This document shows, in pieces, positions 58,374 through 64,000 of a stretch of 64,000 bases of DNA (its first letter is position 1; the number at the start of each line of letters is the position of its first letter). The DNA is taken from contig JBFMBH010000002.1 of the NCBI GenBank assembly GCA_040755095.1, positions 49,210 to 113,209 on the forward strand. Direction: 5' to 3'. The stretch comes from Thermodesulfobacteriota bacterium. GTDB lineage: Bacteria > Desulfobacterota > Desulfobulbia > Desulfobulbales > JBFMBH01. The notes under the pieces are model-generated. The model saw only the letters and a list, made by a program, of their open reading frames with translations, searched no databases and was not told the origin of the DNA. The position numbers were made by a program, and so were the translations under genes.

Positions 58374-60508
58374 GATGTGAGAAGCCTGTGGAGCTGGTCG
58401 AACTGGTGGCGGGTGACAAATCCGTCCAGGGCCCGCAGGGCCTCGCCGTGCTCGGCCGCCAGCTCACTGATGCGGGCGAGGCACTCCCCGCGGTCACAGC
58501 GCAGCGTTGCCTCGGCGAGGACCTGCCGCGCTTCCCAGGGGACCCGGGCGAGCAACCCCGCCCAGGCCCGGTCATCCAGGCGCCTTTCCTCGGCCGGCGG
58601 CACCTCTTCATAGATGAAGCGCACCCCCAGCTGCCTTTCCATGACGCCAAGGATCTCCTCCGGCCGGAAGGGCTTGCGGACAAAGTCGTCGCAGCCCGCG
58701 GCCAGGATCTCTTGCCGCTGCTCTTCGAAGGCGCTGGCGGTCAGCGCCACCACCGGCGTGTGCGCCCCGGCCGCGGTGGACTTGATCCGCCGGGTGGCCT
58801 CGAAGCCGTCCATCCCAGGCATGCGGATGTCCATCCAGACCAGATCCGGCGCCAGGCTGGCGAACCGCTCCACCGCTTCCCGGCCGTCTTCGGCCTCCAG
58901 CACCGCAAAGCCGGCGCTTTCCAGGAGACGGCGGAGCAAGAGGCGGCTTTCCTTCCGGTCTTCGACCACGAGAATGCGGTACTGCCGCTGGCCCGGGGCA
59001 AGTCCCACCACCCGCCGCCGTGCCGGCGCGGGAGGGACGGCTTCCTCCAGCGGCGCCAGGGACACCGGCAGGAAGACGCTGAAGGTGGAGCCCCGGCCAG
59101 GGGTGCTCGCCGCCTCGATCCGGCCGCCCATGAGCGTTGCGAATTCCCGGCAGATGGCCAGGCCCAGGCCGGTGCCAGAGGCCTGCTCCCGCAAGGCGCC
59201 CGCCTGGACAAAGGGATCGAAGATGGTGTCAAGCCTGTCCGGGGCGATTCCGACGCCGGTGTCCGTGACATCGAAGCGCAGGACCACGGCCTGGTCCTTC
59301 CCGGATTCCGGTACCGGAGAGGCCACGCCGATGCGCAGGGTCACCTGGCCCCTGGGGGTGAACTTGAGCGCGTTGCCGATGAGATTGACCAGGACCTGGC
59401 GGAGCTTGCCCTCATCGCCGAAAAAGGAGGCCGGAGCGCCGGGGTCCTGATGGATGGAGAAGGCAAGGCCCTGGGCTGCGGCCTGCGAGGCGAACATCGT
59501 CTCGATCTCGTGCCGGAGCCGGGACAGGGCAACCGGGGCGTGCTCCAGCACGATCCGGCCGGCCTCGATCCGGGCGATCTCCAGGATGTCGTTGATGAGC
59601 GCCAGGAGATGCTCGCCGTTCCGACCCACCAGGGCGAGATCCTCCCGGTGCCGGGCCGGCATGTCGGCGCTCTTCGCCAGCAGCTGCACAAAGCCCAGAA
59701 TGACGTTCAGGGGGGTGCGCAGCTCATGACTCATGTTGGCGAGAAAGAGGCTCTTGGCCCGGTTGGCGGCTTGCGCCGCGTCCAGGGCCTGAGCCAGCTC
59801 GGCCGTGCGGCTCTCCACCAGCTCCTCGAGGTTGCGCTCACTCTCGGCCAGGGACATCTGGGCCAGACGCCGCTCCCGGACCTCACGCTCCAGCTCATCC
59901 CGGATGCGGTCGTAGTAGAGGAGGATGATGCCGACGGCCGACGCCAGAAAAAGGAGGGTGGCGAGCAGGAACCCCCAGGGGGCAAACCAGGACAGAGGAC
60001 GGAGAAACGGATAATCCGCCCGGTGGATGCCCCAGAGGATCAGGGCCGAGCCAGCCACCATCCTGCCGGAGCCGCTGGTGCGGTCGTGGCGGAAAATGGC
60101 TACCCCGGCCGTGGCAAAGAGCAGGCCGGTGAACAGGGATACTGGCAGATCGGCCCAGAAGAACGGAACATGCAGCGCCTGTGCCGCGCCTGCCCAGAAG
60201 AGACACGCCAACGCCCCCCATCGCCACCAGGGAGCGGCGGGCCTGCCCCGCAGCGCATTCGCCCCGTGCACGCACAACAGCGCCCCCCCGACGGTGGCTG
60301 TCTCCTGAGCCACCGCCAGCCAGGGCGGCGCCAGACGCAGCACCAGGGCGATCTGGACGACGAACCGGAGCGAATAGATCCCCCAGGCGGCGCCCCACAT
60401 GAGGAGCAGCCGGTCCCGGCTGGTGAGGTACAAGCGCAGGTAGAGCGCCGCGACCAGGAGCGACACGGCGGTCGTGACGATCAGCGCCGGGACGAGCAAA
60501 GAGCCCAT
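58370..60508 (-). CDS. Membrane hybrid sensor kinase (multi-TM sensor, HisKA, HATPase_c, REC, uncharacterised C-terminal tail)
   Basis: 6-7 hydrophobic helices. H-box MSHELRTPLNVILG, G boxes, REC (LVWMDIRMPGMDG...VRKP). The about 75-aa tail lacks an HxxKG Hpt motif. Confidence 0.88.
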   Translation of the reverse strand: MGSLLVPALIVTTAVSLLVAALYLRLYLTSRDRLLLMWGAAWGIYSLRFVVQIALVLRLAPPWLAVAQETATVGGALLCVHGANALRGRPAAPWWRWGALACLFWAGAAQALHVPFFWADLPVSLFTGLLFATAGVAIFRHDRTSGSGRMVAGSALILWGIHRADYPFLRPLSWFAPWGFLLATLLFLASAVGIILLYYDRIRDELEREVRERRLAQMSLAESERNLEELVESRTAELAQALDAAQAANRAKSLFLANMSHELRTPLNVILGFVQLLAKSADMPARHREDLALVGRNGEHLLALINDILEIARIEAGRIVLEHAPVALSRLRHEIETMFASQAAAQGLAFSIHQDPGAPASFFGDEGKLRQVLVNLIGNALKFTPRGQVTLRIGVASPVPESGKDQAVVLRFDVTDTGVGIAPDRLDTIFDPFVQAGALREQASGTGLGLAICREFATLMGGRIEAASTPGRGSTFSVFLPVSLAPLEEAVPPAPARRRVVGLAPGQRQYRILVVEDRKESRLLLRRLLESAGFAVLEAEDGREAVERFASLAPDLVWMDIRMPGMDGFEATRRIKSTAAGAHTPVVALTASAFEEQRQEILAAGCDDFVRKPFRPEEILGVMERQLGVRFIYEEVPPAEERRLDDRAWAGLLARVPWEARQVLAEATLRCDRGECLARISELAAEHGEALRALDGFVTRHQFDQLHRLLTS

Positions 60509-60866
60509 GGCCTAGCGTCCGTGCCCCCCGCCGGGGCAGCGTCAAGGGAGAAGAGAAGAATGGTCGAGGCCCGGCACCGGGCGGCGGTTGGCCTTGCCAG
60601 GAGAGAGGTCTGGCGGCAGGCGGTGCTCGGAAAGGGCGGCACCAAAATAGTGGCCAGGTGACCCATCATCCACCGGTAGTCAGTGATGGCTTCTCGGGAA
60701 AGATATCACTGTTATACACGGGATCCGTCGAGGCAGCAACCGGGTGCGGCCCGCCAACTGAAGAGCGAATGCCGGTCAAGGGATGTGGAACCGCAGAAGG
60801 GACCTGGCAGAACGGATGCGAGACGGCAACAACCGGTACCGGCCCTGGCGGCCGGGCGCAGCGTCT

Positions 60867-61622
60867 TCACTCTCCGGCAAGATTGCTCAGGAGCCGCCGG
60901 TAATCCAACAGGCTCTCCCGCACCATGCTCGAAACCAGGTTGATGAAGGGCTGATTCTCTCCCCGGTTGCTGGCCTTGAGTGCGTCGATGTACTCGTGCC
61001 GCACGACCGGCGGGATGATGGTGATGGGGTATCCGGCCTGCAGGAGGGCCAGATTCATGAGCAGGCGGGCGGTTCGGCCGTTGCCGTCAAGGAAAGGGTG
61101 GATATTGGCCAGGCCGATGTGGAGCAAGGCCGCAAGCTCGATCGGATGGAGCGAGGCTCGCCGGGCCTGCAAGGAGACGAGCATCTCCTGCATCCGCGGC
61201 TTGAGCTCCCCTGGCCGCGGCAGCTGCATCGTCGAGCCGGTGATGACCACGCCGATCTTCCGATAACGGCCCGCGTTCCTGGGGTCGATGCGGAAATAGA
61301 AAAGCCGATGCAGGTCGCGGACGTTCTTTTCGGTTATCGCCGGCTGCCGTGCCAGCCTGTACAGAAGATCATAGGCCTCGGCGTGTCCGATCGCCTCCAG
61401 ATGCTCCTTGAGCTGCTTGCCGCCGATGGTGATGCCGTCCTCCAGAACGATCCTGGTCTCCGATTCGGTGAGTCCGCTCCCTTCCAGGGCATTGCTGGCA
61501 TACGTGAGCCCCACCCGGTAGTAGTCCCGGAGCTGTTTCATGGCCGGGGCCGGGAGGGGCCGCCTGGCGTCGATCTCCTGCTTGAGCTGTTCGGCCTCGT
61601 GGATGCGGTTCCTGAAGGTCAT
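60867..61622 (-). CDS. Fic family protein (class II, with intrinsic inhibitory motif)
   Basis: Fic motif HPFLDGNGRTAR (His175, codon at 61100). N-terminal S-N-A-L-E-G matches (S/T)xxxE(G/N) at residues 43-48. Confidence 0.88.
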   Translation of the reverse strand: MTFRNRIHEAEQLKQEIDARRPLPAPAMKQLRDYYRVGLTYASNALEGSGLTESETRIVLEDGITIGGKQLKEHLEAIGHAEAYDLLYRLARQPAITEKNVRDLHRLFYFRIDPRNAGRYRKIGVVITGSTMQLPRPGELKPRMQEMLVSLQARRASLHPIELAALLHIGLANIHPFLDGNGRTARLLMNLALLQAGYPITIIPPVVRHEYIDALKASNRGENQPFINLVSSMVRESLLDYRRLLSNLAGE

Positions 61623-61881
61623 GGCGTGGGCCTCTTGGCTTGCGGCAGCTTCCTTCCGGGGCCGCCGACGTTCTTGACTACCCTAGCAGGTTGCCCGGTC
61701 AAGCTCCAGCGCCAAAGCCGGCCGGCAGCCGGCTCCTCACCTCCCGGACCACTCATAGCCGTCCCCGGGGCTCGGTTTCTTGGGGCGGCGCCTGCGGAAA
61801 CGTGGCAGACTGAGGCGCCGGCTGCGGCCGGCCCGTCAAGACCCCGGCCCCTTCCTGCCAACCCGCATCCCTGGAGAGCCC

Positions 61882-62871
61882 GTGTCCCCCCATACCCCTG
61901 CTGCCGATTTTCATGCCCTGACCCCGGACGTCATCATCTCGGTGGTGGAAAAGGCCGTGGGCCACCACTGCACCAACCTCTGCCGGCCCCTCAACAGCTA
62001 CATCAACCGGGTCTACGAGCTGGAGCTGGAGGAGGGCGGCGGCATCATCGGCAAATTCTACCGGCCGGGCCGCTGGTCTCGCCAGACCATCGCCGACGAG
62101 CACGATTTCCTGGCCGAGCTGACCGAGCGGGAGATCCCGGTGATCCCGCCCCTGCCTCTGGCCGGCGGCCAGACCCTGGGGGAGCATCGCGGCATCTTCT
62201 TCGCTGTCTTTCCCAAGAAAAGCGGCCGGATTCTCGACGAGCTCACCCTGGATCAATGGGAGGAGATCGGCCGCCTCCTGGGCCGGGTGCACCGGGTGGG
62301 GGCGATGCGCCAGGCCCAGGCCCGGCCGCTGCTCGCCCCCCAGGAATCCACCCGCCGGCATGTCAGCTACCTCATCGAAGGCCGGTTCATCCCCGCCGAG
62401 CTGGTCGAGGACTATCGCCGGATCAGCGCCGAGCTGCTGGAGACCATCACCCCGCTCTTCGCCGGACACGAGGCCATCCGTATCCATGGCGACTGCCACT
62501 TCTCCAACATCATCCTGCGGCCCGGAGAGTCCTTCTATCTCATCGATCTCGATGACATGGTGACCGGGCCGCCGGTCCAGGACCTGTGGATGCTCCTGCC
62601 GGGCTATGCCCGCGACTCCCGGGCCGAGATCGCGGCCTTCCTGGAGGGCTACGAGACCTTCCGGCCCTTTCCCCGCCGAACCCTCAGCCTCATCGAGCCG
62701 TTGCGGGCCATGCGCTTCATCCACTATTCCGCCTGGTGCGCCTACCAGGCCGCCGACGTCGCCTTCTCGCCCCTGGGTGGCGACTGGGGCAGCGCCGAGT
62801 ACTGGCGCCAGGAGATCCGGGACCTGGCTGAGCAGATCGCCCATATCCGGGACGAGGATGGCCTGCCCTGA
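61882..62871 (+). CDS. srkA: SrkA/RdoA (YihE)-type serine/threonine protein kinase
   Basis: Motifs NRVYEL, KFYRPGRWS, catalytic loop IHGDCHFSNIIL, LIDLDD. The GTG 61882 start gives 329 aa. The track ORF from 61780 is probably too long. Confidence 0.82.
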   Translation: MSPHTPAADFHALTPDVIISVVEKAVGHHCTNLCRPLNSYINRVYELELEEGGGIIGKFYRPGRWSRQTIADEHDFLAELTEREIPVIPPLPLAGGQTLGEHRGIFFAVFPKKSGRILDELTLDQWEEIGRLLGRVHRVGAMRQAQARPLLAPQESTRRHVSYLIEGRFIPAELVEDYRRISAELLETITPLFAGHEAIRIHGDCHFSNIILRPGESFYLIDLDDMVTGPPVQDLWMLLPGYARDSRAEIAAFLEGYETFRPFPRRTLSLIEPLRAMRFIHYSAWCAYQAADVAFSPLGGDWGSAEYWRQEIRDLAEQIAHIRDEDGLP

Positions 62872-63038
62872 CCAGAGGAGCCCGGCTCCCTGGCTCCCTG
62901 AGACCCGACCACCGCAACGACCTTGCTTTCGAGCCGCTGCGCTCGTCCTGCCCCCGGTTCGGCTACGCGGTAACCCGCCCCTCGCCCGCAATTCGCCAGA
63001 CAGACGCGGGTTGCAGCAATTCATTCGGAAAAAGAGGG

Positions 63039-63068
63039 TTGATCTGGCGCGGCGTTTTGGCCTATCAT
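63039..63068 (+). promoter_or_regulatory. Candidate promoter (TTGATC, 18-nt spacer, TATCAT) upstream of the SnoaL-like pair
   Basis: Hexamers read directly, about 170 nt before ATG 63240. Confidence 0.35.
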
Positions 63069-63239
63069 GGCTTACGTTGCCTGAGATAGCCGCTCGCCCA
63101 TAATCACCAGACAGGAAAAACAAGGTTCTTCAGTGGTGCGGATGTGCTCCATGCTGGGATCTGTTGGAACGTATCCCAGTCGTGATTGGCATTCCGCCTG
63201 GTCACATCTATTCGCATCGAAACGGACAAGGAGGAGGCG

Positions 63240-63635
63240 ATGGGACAGTTCAGCATCGGCAAGGGAAAGGATTTTTACAAGGAGCAGCTCGGCTATCTTG
63301 GCACCAATGATATCGAAGGTCTGCTGCAGGAACATTATCATCCTGATGCAGTGATGGTGACATTTGACGGCATCCGCCGGGGTCATGCTGAGCTGCGGCA
63401 ATATTTCGTCAACACTCTTTCCTCCATGGGCCAGATTACCGAGCTTTCCACCCAGTACTTCGCGGAAACAGAAGACGTGATCATCTTCAAGGCCACCATC
63501 ACCGACTCGAAGCGCGGCACGGTCCACGCCGACAACGCCCTGTACCTCAAAGACGGCAAGATCCATCGCCACATCGCCCTGACCATTCTGCCCCAGTACG
63601 ACTACACCAAGCTGGGCACGCTTTGGACCGACTGA
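63240..63635 (+). CDS. SnoaL-like/NTF2-fold small protein
   Basis: GGAGGAGG SD. 131 aa. The pattern HYHPDAVMVTF...GHAEL..YF and a C-terminal KDGKIHRHI suggest NTF2-like proteins. The fold assignment is an inference. Confidence 0.6.
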   Translation: MGQFSIGKGKDFYKEQLGYLGTNDIEGLLQEHYHPDAVMVTFDGIRRGHAELRQYFVNTLSSMGQITELSTQYFAETEDVIIFKATITDSKRGTVHADNALYLKDGKIHRHIALTILPQYDYTKLGTLWTD

Positions 63636-63676
63636 GCACTTCTTCTTTCATCTGCATCGATTCAGTTGGAGGGATC

Positions 63677-64000
63677 ATGAGCTGGGGACAGGATTTCCTG
63701 AATGAGCATGTGGGCTATCTTCAGAGCCGGGACTTCGATGGCCTTATGGAGCACCACTACCACGACGATGCTGAGCTGGTCACCTTCGAGTTCACCCTCA
63801 AGGGCAAGGCCGCCATCAAGCAATACCTCTCCGTCGATCAGCCCAAGAAGTCCGGCAAGATTCTCGGCATGACCATGGACGCCTATGCCGAGTCCGATGA
63901 CACCATCATCTTCACCGCCTCGGTCAACAGCGAGCACCTGGGCGTGTTTGTGGCCCGGGACGCCCTCTATGTCAAGGACGGCAAGGTGCTGCGTCATATC
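63677..64000 (+). CDS. SnoaL-like/NTF2-fold paralog, 3' end outside window (not in the supplied ORF track)
   Basis: My translation from ATG 63677 (GGAGGG SD) is MSWGQDFLNEHVGYLQSRDFDGLMEHHYHDDAELVTFEF...ALYVKDGKVLRHI. It is colinear with the upstream protein. There is no stop before the window end. Confidence 0.7.
   Translation, partial: MSWGQDFLNEHVGYLQSRDFDGLMEHHYHDDAELVTFEFTLKGKAAIKQYLSVDQPKKSGKILGMTMDAYAESDDTIIFTASVNSEHLGVFVARDALYVKDGKVLRHI

Noticed and set aside
63662-63997. A 111-aa minus-strand ORF listed in the track at the window end.
   Set aside because: It is antisense to a plus-strand frame. That frame has a strong SD and clear paralogy to the preceding SnoaL-like gene.

Overview
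High-GC (about 65% by eye) bacterial chromosomal segment. Gene content suggests a Desulfobacterota/Deltaproteobacteria-like anaerobe: purB followed by DUF4911, citramalate synthase plus type-2 leuCD, tandem moeA genes, PEP-CTERM-type proteins and many PAS/GAF hybrid kinases. I call about 54 protein-coding genes. I found no rRNA, tRNA, CRISPR array, transposase or integrase.

Most of the window is housekeeping:
- tRNA and rRNA modification: miaA, miaB, trmL and a RumA-like methyltransferase.
- DNA and nucleotide metabolism: recJ and purB.
- Amino-acid synthesis and uptake: lysC, cimA, leuCD and a LIV-I branched-chain amino-acid ABC transporter.
- Envelope and lipid synthesis: lpxB and pgsA.
- Molybdenum cofactor: two moeA genes.

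Accessory or unusual content:
1. A 1195-aa secreted S8 protease has about 500 residues of jelly-roll-like modules nested in its catalytic domain and a TSP3 plus dockerin-like tail. It is followed by a cohesin-like protein and a second protein, both ending in a VPxP/PEP-CTERM-type sorting signal. A third such cargo lies at 26.9 kb.
2. An apparent operon (38.4-45.5 kb) has two hybrid sensor kinases (HDOD and GAF-PAS) flanking a MerR-HTH::MinD/FlhG-like ATPase and a short ExeA/MshM-like AAA ATPase.
3. A 9-kb cluster of five two-component genes has four kinase cores and six receiver domains. It has no recognisable output domain.
4. An orphan 454-aa helical protein is translationally coupled to livF.
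5. Smaller items are a vapBC pair with a near-consensus promoter and operator, a class II Fic protein placed divergently from an SrkA-type kinase, and tandem SnoaL-like paralogs at the window end. The second paralog is absent from the supplied ORF track.
6. A 9-nt tandem repeat lies in the putative leuCD leader.

All functional calls rest on motif-level reading of the translated ORFs. No database search was run.
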